Below, one piece after another: positions 16,690 to 26,044 of a stretch of 64,000 nt of DNA. Each line of letters begins with the position of its first letter. The first letter of the stretch is position 1. Made by a program: the position numbers and the translations under genes. Origin of the DNA: a virus (taxonomy: Duplodnaviria > Caudoviricetes); IMG/VR virus record IMGVR_UViG_3300037067_011000, positions 10,632 through 74,631 of that record. The stretch is one strand, 5' to 3'. The notes under the pieces are model-generated. The model was given only the letters and a program-made list of their open reading frames with translations. It was not told the DNA's origin and did no database searches.

Positions 16690-17597
16690 GTCTTTATTTA
16701 AAATACCGTCCTACGGAACTTTCCGAAATTAAAGGTAACACAGACATTGTTGCTTCACTGGAAAAGATGCTTTCAAACAAAGATACTTTTCCCCACTCAA
16801 TTTTGCTACATGGTGGTACAGGTCTTGGGAAGACGAGTCTTGCACGAATCATTGCTTCACGTTTAGGGTGTGTAGGAAACGATTTAAAGGAGTTAAATGC
16901 TTCTGATGTGAATGGGGTTGATACAGTAAGAGAAATCATTAAAAACAGTCAATTTGCCCCTATGGAGGGTAATTGTAGAGTGTGGATAATGGATGAAGTG
17001 GGAAAATTAACCTCAAGTGCTATGAATGCTTTCCTCAAAATCCTTGAAGACACCCCAAAAAATGTTTACTTTATATTATGTACAACTGATCCTGAAAAAC
17101 TCCTTACTACAATAAAGGGAAGATGTCAACAGTTTCAGGTGAAACCCCTGACAGATTCCCAAATGTTTTCTTTGCTTAGAAGGATTGTAAGAGAAGAAGG
17201 GGAAACTTTGGAACAAGAGGTTTATGATCAAATCATCCAAGACAGTTTGTGCCATCCCCGCAATGCTTTGCAGATACTTGAACAAGTATTGAGTGTTGCT
17301 CCTGAACGTCGGTTGGAGATGACAAAGCAAACAGCAGAAATTCAGAGTCAGGCAATTGAACTTTGTCGTGCTTTGATAAAACATGAGAAGTGGAGTTCGG
17401 TAAGTAAGATTCTTACAGGGTTGAAAGGACAAGAAGAAGAAACTATTCGGAGAATTGTTTTAGGGTACTGTCAAGCAATACTTTTGAAAGAGGACAATAC
17501 CTGTGCAGGTTTGATAATGGAAGAAATGTTTGAACCCTTGTATAATGTGGGGTTCCCAGGTTTGGTTTATAAATGCTATACTATAACTAAAAATTAA
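16686..17597 (+). CDS. dnaX: clamp loader AAA+ ATPase (DNA Pol III gamma/tau-like)
   Basis: LYLKYRP start, Walker A GGTGLGKT, ELNASD..GVDTVR, Walker B IMDE, FLKILED, TI.GRC. Confidence 0.88.
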   Translation: MSLYLKYRPTELSEIKGNTDIVASLEKMLSNKDTFPHSILLHGGTGLGKTSLARIIASRLGCVGNDLKELNASDVNGVDTVREIIKNSQFAPMEGNCRVWIMDEVGKLTSSAMNAFLKILEDTPKNVYFILCTTDPEKLLTTIKGRCQQFQVKPLTDSQMFSLLRRIVREEGETLEQEVYDQIIQDSLCHPRNALQILEQVLSVAPERRLEMTKQTAEIQSQAIELCRALIKHEKWSSVSKILTGLKGQEEETIRRIVLGYCQAILLKEDNTCAGLIMEEMFEPLYNVGFPGLVYKCYTITKN

Positions 17598-17603
17598 GTT
17601 GAT

Positions 17604-17804
17604 ATGAAACTTTATGAATTTATGAATAAAAGTAGTGTTGAATACATATTTGTTATAGCAAAGAACACAAAAAGAGCAATTAAATTGGCAAATAAAAATT
17701 CAGATTGTGTTGATCCTGATTATGATGAGTATGATATTATAAGTGATGATTTAGAAGTTGATATGTCAAATAAAGAGGGTGTATATGAAAAAATTATTAG
17801 ATAA
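17604..17804 (+). CDS. small acidic hypothetical protein
   Basis: ORF track. Confidence 0.5.
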   Translation: MKLYEFMNKSSVEYIFVIAKNTKRAIKLANKNSDCVDPDYDEYDIISDDLEVDMSNKEGVYEKIIR

Positions 17805-17820
17805 CTAAAAATTAAATATC

Positions 17821-18027
17821 ATGGAAAAATTATTATTGATTTTAGGTGCTATTATGTTAGTGCTGCTTGTTGCTTTTTTATTAACATTACCTGTAATGTG
17901 GTTATGGAATTGGTTGATGCCCCTTATTTTTGGTTTGATAAAAATAAATTTTTGGCAAGCATTAGGAATAAATATTCTTTGTGGGTTTTTATTTAAAACA
18001 TCTATTCCAAGTTCTTCAAATAAATGA
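17821..18027 (+). CDS. small membrane protein
   Basis: Hydrophobic; PVMWLWNWLMPLIFGL..INFWQALG pattern common in phage membrane proteins. Confidence 0.7.
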   Translation: MEKLLLILGAIMLVLLVAFLLTLPVMWLWNWLMPLIFGLIKINFWQALGINILCGFLFKTSIPSSSNK

Positions 18028-18383
18028 AATGTGCAACGGAATCCTGTGAAAATGAAGCAAGGCTTCATAGGAAGTTGTGTCACAAATGTGAAAAGAAAAA
18101 ATACAGAGAAAAGTACCCTTTGAAATATTGGTACGACACATTAAAAATGAATGCAAAACGCAGAGGAAAAGATTTTAGTTTGACAATAGAACAATATGGA
18201 ACTTTTTGTATGAAGACAGGATACGATGAAAAGAAAGGAAGAACAGCAGACAGTTTGTCAGTTGACAGGATTAAGCCTTGGCTTGGGTATTCAGTTGACA
18301 ATATCAGGGCAATCACTTTGTCAGAAAATGTAAAAAGAGAACGAAATCCTGAATATGAGGTAAAAGAAACTTGTCCGTTTTAA
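18024..18383 (+). CDS. HNH-like endonuclease / Zn-binding protein
   Basis: Cys cluster; AKRRG..FSLT; SVDRI...GYSVDNI motif. Confidence 0.65.
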   Translation: MKCATESCENEARLHRKLCHKCEKKKYREKYPLKYWYDTLKMNAKRRGKDFSLTIEQYGTFCMKTGYDEKKGRTADSLSVDRIKPWLGYSVDNIRAITLSENVKRERNPEYEVKETCPF

Positions 18384-18401
18384 ACTTAAATAAATACAAT
18401 T

Positions 18402-18887
18402 ATGGCAGAATTAAATTATGAGAAGGATCTTAAAATAGATGAAGACAGTCTTGATTTGGAAATGTTCAATCAGGCATCCTTGTTTATGAAATATGCAAAA
18501 CATTATGCAGAAACAAGAAGGACATTGGATGAAGAAAAACAACGTCTTGATATTGTCAGAGCAGACATTGACAAGCAAATTCGGGAACACCCTGAAAAGT
18601 TCAAAATTGAAAAAGTTACAGAGGGTGCAATACAATCTGCAATTTTAACAGAAGGGACATACAATATTGCTTATAAAAAGTATCTTGATGCAAAATATGA
18701 ATCAGATATGGCAAGTAATGCAGTACAGGCAATGAACACAAGAAAGGAGATGTTGGAAGGTTTACAAAAACTTCTTGCACAATCATATTTTGCAGGACCA
18801 TCTGTTCCTCATGATCTTTCAAAACTGAAAGCAGAAAGAGAAAAGAAAACAGAAGTAGGAGTAGGAACAAGACTAAGGAGAGGGTAA
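18402..18887 (+). CDS. UvsY-like recombination mediator
   Basis: DLKIDEDSLD.E...QASLFMKYA start, coiled-coil body; sits beside SSB and RecA. Confidence 0.65.
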   Translation: MAELNYEKDLKIDEDSLDLEMFNQASLFMKYAKHYAETRRTLDEEKQRLDIVRADIDKQIREHPEKFKIEKVTEGAIQSAILTEGTYNIAYKKYLDAKYESDMASNAVQAMNTRKEMLEGLQKLLAQSYFAGPSVPHDLSKLKAEREKKTEVGVGTRLRRG

Positions 18888-18888
18888 T

Positions 18889-19035
18889 ATGTGGCAAGTG
18901 ATAGTAGGTATTCTTTTAGGATTACTTGGCATTTTCATATTGCTGATTGCAATTTACATTGTTTCTGGTATTCAGGCAAAAGCGTGGATTGATGTTTTAG
19001 ATAAATATATTGGTGATAAACTTAATAAAAAGTAG
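18889..19035 (+). CDS. small membrane protein (48 aa)
   Basis: Manually translated: MWQVIVGILLGLLGIFILLIAIYIVSG...KK*. Confidence 0.6.
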   Translation: MWQVIVGILLGLLGIFILLIAIYIVSGIQAKAWIDVLDKYIGDKLNKK

Positions 19036-19055
19036 AAAATTATGAAAAAGAAAGA

Positions 19056-19253
19056 TTGTACAAAGTAAAAGTAGGTGGGACTAAATTAGTTTTTTATGTC
19101 CTTGCAAATACTTGCAGTGAAGCAGAAACTAAAACTATTTCTCTTTTAAATGAGAATAGAAAAACAAGCACAGAACCTTATTTAACTTTTGAAGGTGAAG
19201 TTGTAATACATAGTGTGAAACTTTTTTCACGAGAAACATACAACATTCAATAA
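19056..19253 (+). CDS. hypothetical protein
   Basis: TTG-start ORF; upstream ATG at 19042 is out of frame by one base. Confidence 0.45.
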   Translation: MYKVKVGGTKLVFYVLANTCSEAETKTISLLNENRKTSTEPYLTFEGEVVIHSVKLFSRETYNIQ

Positions 19254-19276
19254 TTAACATTAATAAATTTGAAAAA

Positions 19277-20329
19277 ATGAAAGAAAAAACAAACAGTTTT
19301 CGTGGTAAAGTAAGAACAGATGGTGAACGAAGTTCAAAAAATGATTCTTCATATCTGAATCTTCCAAGTGGAATAAAGCAATACAACATTGAATCAGAGG
19401 CAAGGAAAGTAAAACTTGATATTCTTCCTTATACAATTTCTGATCCTTATCATCCTTGCAAGGATGTTGTAAACAAGATTGCCCTTCAGGGGGATTTGTG
19501 GTATCGTAGACCAATCAAAGTTCACAGGAACGTTGGTCAGGGAAACCTGAAAGTCATTTGTCCTACAAGTATCGGAAAGAAGTGTCCTATCTGTGAATAT
19601 CAGAAGAAGCGTTTCAACGAAGGTGCACCGAAAGAGGAAACTGTACCAATGTATCCTCAACAGAGAAGTTTGTATATTGTCATTCCTGATGGGGAAGATG
19701 ATATTTATGTTTGGGATATGAGCAATAAAATGTTTCAGGATATGTTGATTGAGGAACTCAAGGATAATCCTGATAATGAGATTTTCCCTGACTTGGAAGA
19801 AGGGAAGACTTTGGAAATGCGCTTAAAGTGGAAAACCATTGGGGAAAAAGGCAAACCGTTCCCAGAGGTAACAAATATCAGTTTTCTCGATAGAGAACCT
19901 TACAAGGTAAGTATTTTGGATGAAGTACCTGATTTGGATACAATTCTTAATGTAAAGAGTTATGATGAGATAAAGAACTTGTTCTTTGAACTTGATGAGG
20001 AACCTGATGGGGGAAGTCTGAAATCAGAAGAGGATGAACCAAAACCTGAACGTAAAAGTCGGAAGGTAGAGAAAGAAGCAGAACCAGAAGAAAAGACAGA
20101 AAGACGTTCAAGAAAGTCTGAACCTGAACCTGAGAAGGAAAAGGAACCTGAGAAAGAGGAAAGACGTACAAGAAGAAGTGAACCTGATAAAGAAGATGAC
20201 AAAAGTTCAGGAAAAAAATGTCCTAAAAATCTGATATTTGGAAAAGATTTTGAAAAAATAGATGATTGTGACAAGTGCGATCTTTGGGACCCTTGTTATG
20301 ATGAGCATAAGAAACTCAAAAAAGGTTAA
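19277..20329 (+). CDS. single-stranded DNA-binding protein (T4 gp32-like)
   Basis: VHRNVG...VICP...GKKCPICE Zn motif; long acidic/charged linker; C-terminal Cys4 domain. Confidence 0.7.
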   Translation: MKEKTNSFRGKVRTDGERSSKNDSSYLNLPSGIKQYNIESEARKVKLDILPYTISDPYHPCKDVVNKIALQGDLWYRRPIKVHRNVGQGNLKVICPTSIGKKCPICEYQKKRFNEGAPKEETVPMYPQQRSLYIVIPDGEDDIYVWDMSNKMFQDMLIEELKDNPDNEIFPDLEEGKTLEMRLKWKTIGEKGKPFPEVTNISFLDREPYKVSILDEVPDLDTILNVKSYDEIKNLFFELDEEPDGGSLKSEEDEPKPERKSRKVEKEAEPEEKTERRSRKSEPEPEKEKEPEKEERRTRRSEPDKEDDKSSGKKCPKNLIFGKDFEKIDDCDKCDLWDPCYDEHKKLKKG

Positions 20330-20331
20330 TT

Positions 20332-20685
20332 ATGGTACTTTTAAAAAGAGACAACCATACAAAAGGTTACAAGCTCATAGGGGTTTCAGTGCCTCTATGG
20401 GTGCATAACTATATTTCTTTATATTGCCTTGCTAAGAATAAAACCAAGTCAGAAATAATGAAAGGATGGGTGGGGGCTTGGCATGATCAGGTAAAGTCCA
20501 AGGAACCAGAAGAAAAACTTGTTCAGGAAATTATAGATATGTCAAATACTGAATGGGCAGGTATAAAGAAAAAAACCCCTGAAAAAACATTTGTTGAATT
20601 TAAAGAAGAATTAGAAAAAGAACTTGTGTGTCGGGGAGTAAGCATTTATCAAATACGTATTATACTTAAAGCAATAAAACAATGA
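20332..20685 (+). CDS. small DNA-binding protein (ribbon-helix-helix-like)
   Basis: KLIGVSVP strand followed by two helices (KTKSEIMKGWV). Confidence 0.4.
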   Translation: MVLLKRDNHTKGYKLIGVSVPLWVHNYISLYCLAKNKTKSEIMKGWVGAWHDQVKSKEPEEKLVQEIIDMSNTEWAGIKKKTPEKTFVEFKEELEKELVCRGVSIYQIRIILKAIKQ

Positions 20686-20828
20686 AAAAATATATTATAA
20701 CATTTGTATTCAAAGGGAAAAAAGATTCAAAAATTGTTGAAGCAGATATTTTTATAAATGCTTATCAAACTTTTATTGAATCTTATGAATGGCATGAAAT
20801 TCTCTGTATAAAAAAACATGAAGTCTAA
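20682..20828 (+). CDS. small hypothetical protein (48 aa)
   Basis: Manually translated; TAATG overlap with recA. Confidence 0.5.
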   Translation: MKKYIITFVFKGKKDSKIVEADIFINAYQTFIESYEWHEILCIKKHEV

Positions 20829-21874
20829 TGGAAAGAAAGAAAGAAGAATCTTTAAGTTCACAGATGAAAAAGAAAGTTGAGAAACCTGTGGAAAAGGAGG
20901 AGGTGTTTACTGGTAATTTTAAAACTGTTATAAGTACGGGCAGTACATTAGGAGATTTGGCAATATCTGGAAAAAGAATAAGAGGGGGAGGATTACCAGG
21001 GGGTATTTTTGTGGAAGCATTTGGACCAAGTCAATCAGGAAAAACAGCTTTTTTAAGTTCAATTGCAGGCAAAATAGAAGAAAAAAAGGGTGAAAACCAA
21101 TTTAATGATCCAGAAGCACGTTTAGATGAAGAATTTACACGTATTTTTGGTATGCACATCCCTAAAAAAAATTATCATCAACCAGATACAGTTACACAAT
21201 TGTTTGAAAATATAAGAAATTGGGATGTTACTGATCTAAATGTTGTAAATGGTATTTTTGGAGATTCCTTAACAGCCCTTTCAACACAAATGGAAATGGA
21301 AAATGATGATGGGGATAAAATGGGGGGGAGAAGGGCAAAAGAATTTTCTGAAGGATTACGTAAAACTTGCAGAATACTCAAACAAAATAATTATTTGTTT
21401 GTTGCTTCAAATCAAATTAGAATGAATATGGATGCAAATAAATATAGTCCAAAATTCAGAACATCTGGTGGGGAAGCTATTAAATTTTATGCAAGTGTAC
21501 GATTAAAATTTAACAATCCTAAAAAAATAACAGAAACACATTCTTTTAATAAGAAAGATATAGAAAAAGTTATAGGGATTGAAACTGAAATAGAAGTTAT
21601 TAAGACTGTGGATGATCCATTCAGAACATTTCCTTTAATTATTATTTATGGGTATGGAATTGATGACATTCGAGCAAATTTGCAATATTTAAAAAAATAC
21701 AGAGCTACCACTGTCTATTGTTTAGGAGAACATAAGTTATCTAATGATATGGATGAAGCTATTAGAATAGTTGAAGATAGTAATGCTGAAAATGACCTCA
21801 GAGAGGAAGTTATAAATCTCTGGGGTGAAATAGAGGAAAAGTTTGTACAAGAACGAAAACCGAAGATACAATGA
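20828..21874 (+). CDS. recA: RecA/UvsX-like recombinase
   Basis: ISTGS..GDLAI.G.GG.P.G.FVE.FGPSQSGKT; DSL; NQIR; TSGG.AIKFYASVRL. Confidence 0.9.
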   Translation: MERKKEESLSSQMKKKVEKPVEKEEVFTGNFKTVISTGSTLGDLAISGKRIRGGGLPGGIFVEAFGPSQSGKTAFLSSIAGKIEEKKGENQFNDPEARLDEEFTRIFGMHIPKKNYHQPDTVTQLFENIRNWDVTDLNVVNGIFGDSLTALSTQMEMENDDGDKMGGRRAKEFSEGLRKTCRILKQNNYLFVASNQIRMNMDANKYSPKFRTSGGEAIKFYASVRLKFNNPKKITETHSFNKKDIEKVIGIETEIEVIKTVDDPFRTFPLIIIYGYGIDDIRANLQYLKKYRATTVYCLGEHKLSNDMDEAIRIVEDSNAENDLREEVINLWGEIEEKFVQERKPKIQ

Positions 21875-22062
21875 AAGAAGGAGATATTGTAATGCTGTTT
21901 GGAAATCCAATAACCAACACACATCCAATAGGACAAGCAAAACTGGTTACTAAATTAAGTGATTATGGAAAATCATTGGAAAATTGGAAAGTAGAATATC
22001 TTGATGATGAGGGTCATTTTTATAATTGTTTAATAAAGAAAGAAGATGGAGAGAGTAAGTAA
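21871..22062 (+). CDS. hypothetical protein
   Basis: ORF track; coupled. Confidence 0.55.
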   Translation: MKEGDIVMLFGNPITNTHPIGQAKLVTKLSDYGKSLENWKVEYLDDEGHFYNCLIKKEDGESK

Positions 22063-22540
22063 AAGAATTTTCATTGGAATTGATAATGGTGTGAGTGGGG
22101 CTGTTACTATTCTTACTGAATCGGGGAATATTATAGCACACATAAAAACACCTGTTAAGAATTGTCTTAATTACACTAAGAAAAAAGCATTTCATAATAG
22201 GGTGGACTTTGTACAACTCCATAAAGAGTTAAATTTTGGCAGTAATTACACCCCTTTTTGTATGATAGAGAGGTCGATGGTGAATCCTATGCGATGGGTT
22301 GCTTCTGTAAGTGCTATAAGGTGTTTAGAGGCAACTGAAATAGTTCTTGAAGAACTTCAAATTCCTTATCAGTTCATTGATTCTAAAGAATGGCAGAAGG
22401 TATTGTTGCCATCAGGGTTAAAAGGAGATCAACTGAAAAAAGCAGCAGACGACGTTGCAAAGAGACTGTTTCCAAAACAAAAGATAGTAAATTCAGATTC
22501 ATTATTAATAGCAGAATATTGTAGGAGAGTAAAGAGATGA
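22046..22540 (+). CDS. ruvC: RuvC-like Holliday junction resolvase
   Basis: FIGIDNG, MIER and DSLLIA catalytic acidic motifs. Confidence 0.75.
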   Translation: MERVSKRIFIGIDNGVSGAVTILTESGNIIAHIKTPVKNCLNYTKKKAFHNRVDFVQLHKELNFGSNYTPFCMIERSMVNPMRWVASVSAIRCLEATEIVLEELQIPYQFIDSKEWQKVLLPSGLKGDQLKKAADDVAKRLFPKQKIVNSDSLLIAEYCRRVKR

Positions 22541-22689
22541 AAAATTTTTATATTAGTATATTAACCTATGAAAGTGTAATTTTAATCCCTACTATTTTTT
22601 GGGATAATCAAAAATGGAATGAACACTACTTTAGTGTTTCTATTGGTTGGATTAAATGGAGTATTGATTTTAATATAAGAACAAAATGA
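22537..22689 (+). CDS. small hypothetical protein (50 aa)
   Basis: Manually translated; ATGA overlaps at both ends. Confidence 0.5.
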   Translation: MKNFYISILTYESVILIPTIFWDNQKWNEHYFSVSIGWIKWSIDFNIRTK

Positions 22690-23735
22690 TAGATTCCATT
22701 TCCTTATCTAATTTTCAGTCCCATAAAGACAGTACATTGAAATTTTCCGATGGTGTAAATGCCATTGTTGGGAGTTCTGATTCCGGTAAAACTGCAATTC
22801 TTCGGGCAATCCGAAAATTGGCATTTAACAAACCCTCTGGGGATGAAATGAAATCTCATTGGGGTGGAAAAATGCAAATTGAAATGTTAACTGATGATGC
22901 CCATGTTGTTTATAGTAAAGACAGAGAAGCAGAGTATATTTTAGGAGATACACATTTTAAAGCATTTGGTACAGAAGTTCCACAGGAAATCGGAGATGCT
23001 TTGAATTTGAATACAGATAATGTGCAAAGTCAGTTAGATGCACCTTATTTACTTTCTGAAACAGCAGGTGCAGTGGCAAGTCATTTCAATGCAATTGCTC
23101 ATCTTGAAGTCATAGATCGGGCAACTTCTAATATCAATAGTGCAATCAGAGAACTTACCTCTGATATAAAGTATTCAGAAGGACAAGAAGTTTCGTTAAA
23201 AGGAAACTTGGAAAAATTCCAATATCTTGAACAGTTTGAATCAGAAGTCCAGGAATTAGAAGGGTTGAAAAAACAATATGATGCTTTAGTTGATTCACGT
23301 AGAAAACTACAAGTACTTGTTGATAAAATTGGATTTCTTAAAATAGACATTGATAAAGCAAGTAAGTTACTACCACTTGAAAAACCAGTAAATGATATTC
23401 TTGTACTTATTGAACTTCGTGCAGAAAAGGATATTGAAGCAGTTAAATTGGATAAATTGATTGTTCAAATAAAAGAAGTTCGGAGCAAGTTGACAAATCA
23501 AAATGCTGTTTTGTCAATTGAAAAACCTGTGGATGATTTGTTGAAGTTGTATAAGGAGAAAGAAACCCTCGTAAAACAGCGTGAGAATTTAAATAAGGCA
23601 TTAACTAATTTAAGAAATACCCAAGATAACTTAAATAAGGCAAGGGTTAATTATGCTTCCCTGACATTGATGTTTGAAAAAGAAATGGGTTCAGTGTGTA
23701 TTTTGTGCGGTCAAAAGATAGAGAATCACAAATAA
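22686..23735 (+). CDS. sbcC: SbcC/Rad50-like ATPase, N-terminal half
   Basis: LSNFQSH, Walker A GSSDSGKT, Q-loop, coiled coil ending in CILCG zinc hook; no Walker B. Confidence 0.85.
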   Translation: MIDSISLSNFQSHKDSTLKFSDGVNAIVGSSDSGKTAILRAIRKLAFNKPSGDEMKSHWGGKMQIEMLTDDAHVVYSKDREAEYILGDTHFKAFGTEVPQEIGDALNLNTDNVQSQLDAPYLLSETAGAVASHFNAIAHLEVIDRATSNINSAIRELTSDIKYSEGQEVSLKGNLEKFQYLEQFESEVQELEGLKKQYDALVDSRRKLQVLVDKIGFLKIDIDKASKLLPLEKPVNDILVLIELRAEKDIEAVKLDKLIVQIKEVRSKLTNQNAVLSIEKPVDDLLKLYKEKETLVKQRENLNKALTNLRNTQDNLNKARVNYASLTLMFEKEMGSVCILCGQKIENHK

Positions 23736-23748
23736 ATTTTGTATAATA
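23730..23748 (+). promoter_or_regulatory. putative promoter AAATAAATTTTGTATAATA
   Basis: Third copy of the motif; 4 nt before ATG 23753. Confidence 0.45.
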
Positions 23749-23752
23749 GGGT

Positions 23753-23951
23753 ATGGAAAGAATAAAACCAAATGACAGAGAAATGATTATTATGGATGAT
23801 CCATATAATGATGTACCTTTAACAAGTAAACAAAAAAAGAAATTTGAAAAATGGTTCACAAAAACAATGTCAAAAAGATTGGGTTCAAATAATGATCACA
23901 TTGAATTTTTTCATTCAAGAATAAAAGATAATGGAAAGAATAAAACCAAAT
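23753..23951 (+). repeat. perfect 21-bp direct repeat ATGGAAAGAATAAAACCAAAT
   Basis: Copies at 23753-23773 and 23931-23951, each beginning a gene. Confidence 0.95.
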
Positions 23952-23953
23952 AA
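23753..23953 (+). CDS. 66-aa protein resembling a terminase ATPase Walker-B segment
   Basis: IIMDDP...WFTKTMSKRL; same WxxxThxxR spacing as this phage's TerL (WMEQTLPTR). Confidence 0.5.
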   Translation: MERIKPNDREMIIMDDPYNDVPLTSKQKKKFEKWFTKTMSKRLGSNNDHIEFFHSRIKDNGKNKTK

Positions 23954-24806
23954 AACTGTTACAGCAATCCTGACTTCTGATTGGCATTTGCGTGAAGATA
24001 CTCCTACTTGCTTCATTGGGAATTTCCAAAAAGAACAATGGGATGCTGTGGATTTTATAAGTGAATTACAAAAGAGACACAACTGCCCTGTTGTACATGC
24101 AGGAGATTTATTTCATACGTGGAAATCGAGTCCTTGGTTGTTAAGAGAAACAATGAAACATTTACCCAAAATGTTTGGGACGATTTATGGGCAACATGAC
24201 CTACCCTCTCATAATTTACAATTAGCAGATAAGTGTGGAATCAATGTTTTAGAAGAAGCAGGGAAATTAACAGTGTTAGAAGGGTGTCATTGGGGGCAAA
24301 CACCAGAAACATATGAATCTACGGATTTTATAAAAAACAGACACACTCTCATTTGGCATCATTTAACTTATCTTACTAAACCCTTCCCTGGAGCAGATGG
24401 TGGTATGGCAGAAGGAATTTTGAGAAAATATCCTATGTATGATATGATTTGTACAGGAGATTGTCATCAGAGTTTTACAGTAGAATACCAAGGCAGAAGG
24501 TTAGTAAATCCAGGTAATCTCACACGTCAGACAGCAGATCAGGCAGACTTTCAGCCACGAGTAGCACTCTGGTTTGCTTCTGACAATTCTATTGAATGGG
24601 TGAATTTACCAATACAGAAGGATGCTATTAGTAGAGAACACCTTGAAGTCAAGGAACAAAGGGATGCAAGAATAGATGCTTTCGTGAGTAGTTTAAATGG
24701 GGATTATAAAACTGAAATGTCTTTCGAGCAAAATCTTGAAAGTTTTTTTCAGGTTAATCCTGTACGTGAATCAGTAAAAAACATAATTTATAAAAGTTTG
24801 GAGTAA
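23931..24806 (+). CDS. sbcD: SbcD/Mre11-like metallophosphoesterase nuclease
   Basis: SDWH, AGDLF, GQHD, GDCH and NPG motifs. Confidence 0.88.
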   Translation: MERIKPNKTVTAILTSDWHLREDTPTCFIGNFQKEQWDAVDFISELQKRHNCPVVHAGDLFHTWKSSPWLLRETMKHLPKMFGTIYGQHDLPSHNLQLADKCGINVLEEAGKLTVLEGCHWGQTPETYESTDFIKNRHTLIWHHLTYLTKPFPGADGGMAEGILRKYPMYDMICTGDCHQSFTVEYQGRRLVNPGNLTRQTADQADFQPRVALWFASDNSIEWVNLPIQKDAISREHLEVKEQRDARIDAFVSSLNGDYKTEMSFEQNLESFFQVNPVRESVKNIIYKSLE

Positions 24807-24807
24807 A

Positions 24808-25053
24808 ATGAAAGATGAGATTTTAAAATTATTAGAAGATGAATATGATCATTATGTCCAATCTACTAATATCTATGCAGCATCAGAAACTATAACAAAA
24901 ATGGTCAATGATTTTATTGAATGGTGTTGTACAACACACATCAAATTACATAAAGTTTGGTGTGGTTTATATCAAGATCAAAGGAATGAAAAGAATCGGA
25001 AAACAACAGAAGAACTTTTTATATATTGGAATACTAATATAAGAACTAAATAA
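24808..25053 (+). CDS. hypothetical protein
   Basis: ORF track. Confidence 0.55.
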   Translation: MKDEILKLLEDEYDHYVQSTNIYAASETITKMVNDFIEWCCTTHIKLHKVWCGLYQDQRNEKNRKTTEELFIYWNTNIRTK

Positions 25054-25256
25054 TTTACGACAACTACAAGAAAACTTTTAGAGCAATATGTCTGTGCGTG
25101 GAATATCTATTTGAAAGATGTTGTACAGAAAATGGATTTACTAATCCTGTTGAGAAATGCACCACCTACATACAGGGGAACTTTTGCTTTGACTTTGATG
25201 AATGAAAAGCAGATAAGTAAAGATGAATGTAAGAAATTTGTTAAATTAGTAGGAAA

Positions 25257-25448
25257 ATGAGTTTATTACCTGTGGAATTACTTCAAAAAGAACTTGCTGT
25301 TTATAAAAAGGCATTGGAACTCTCAGATAAGAAATTTGCAGAAGGTAAAATAGATGCAAAACTTCATGAAACTCATGTGAGCAATTTGAAACCTAAAATT
25401 GCAACTTACACACAAGCATTAAGAATTTTAAGATTTTATATGGATTAA
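25257..25448 (+). CDS. hypothetical helical protein
   Basis: ORF track. Confidence 0.55.
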   Translation: MSLLPVELLQKELAVYKKALELSDKKFAEGKIDAKLHETHVSNLKPKIATYTQALRILRFYMD

Positions 25449-25554
25449 TTATGGAAAATCACTGAACTTAAGAAAACCATGCCCTGTAAGTGAATCATTT
25501 AAATAAAAAGAAACCCATCACTTAAAAGTGAATTAATTAAAAAAATAAAAAATT

Positions 25555-25794
25555 ATGAGTATGAACGAAAAACAACTTTTAGATTTAAAGGAAGACGTAG
25601 GGGATGCAAAACAGAAAGTTGCAGAACTTACTGGACAACAAACTGCTCTTATGTCTCAACTGAAAACTGAATATAGTTGCAAAACTATTTCAGAAGCAGA
25701 GATAAAACTCAAAGAAATGAATGATTCTATTTCTGTAATTGATAAGAAGATTGAAAAAGGATGTTTAGAGTTACAAGAAAAATATGAAGTATGA
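25555..25794 (+). CDS. coiled-coil protein (possible third SbcC piece)
   Basis: Heptad pattern throughout; lies between the two SbcC halves. Confidence 0.55.
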   Translation: MSMNEKQLLDLKEDVGDAKQKVAELTGQQTALMSQLKTEYSCKTISEAEIKLKEMNDSISVIDKKIEKGCLELQEKYEV

Positions 25795-26044
25795 AAAATA
25801 TACCAATTTTAGAATTTGCAAATGGTTTAACAATAAAAGGAAATAGAAATATTTATATTACAATAACAAAAGAAAAAAATGTAAGTATTAAAAATGATAA
25901 AGGATTAAATTTAATTCTTTCTATTTCTATGTGGGAATCTTTTTATTTTATTAAATTTTAAATTTATGAGTTACGAAAAATTTACTACAATTTGTACAAT
26001 CATTGGTTGGTGTTTATTGGGTATTGGGTTGATATGGAAAATAT

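Noticed and set aside
19042-19068. Programmed frameshift joining ATG 19042 to ORF 19056
   Set aside because: Would give MKKKRLYKV, but there is no canonical slippery heptamer or stimulator; a TTG start or a single-base error is equally plausible
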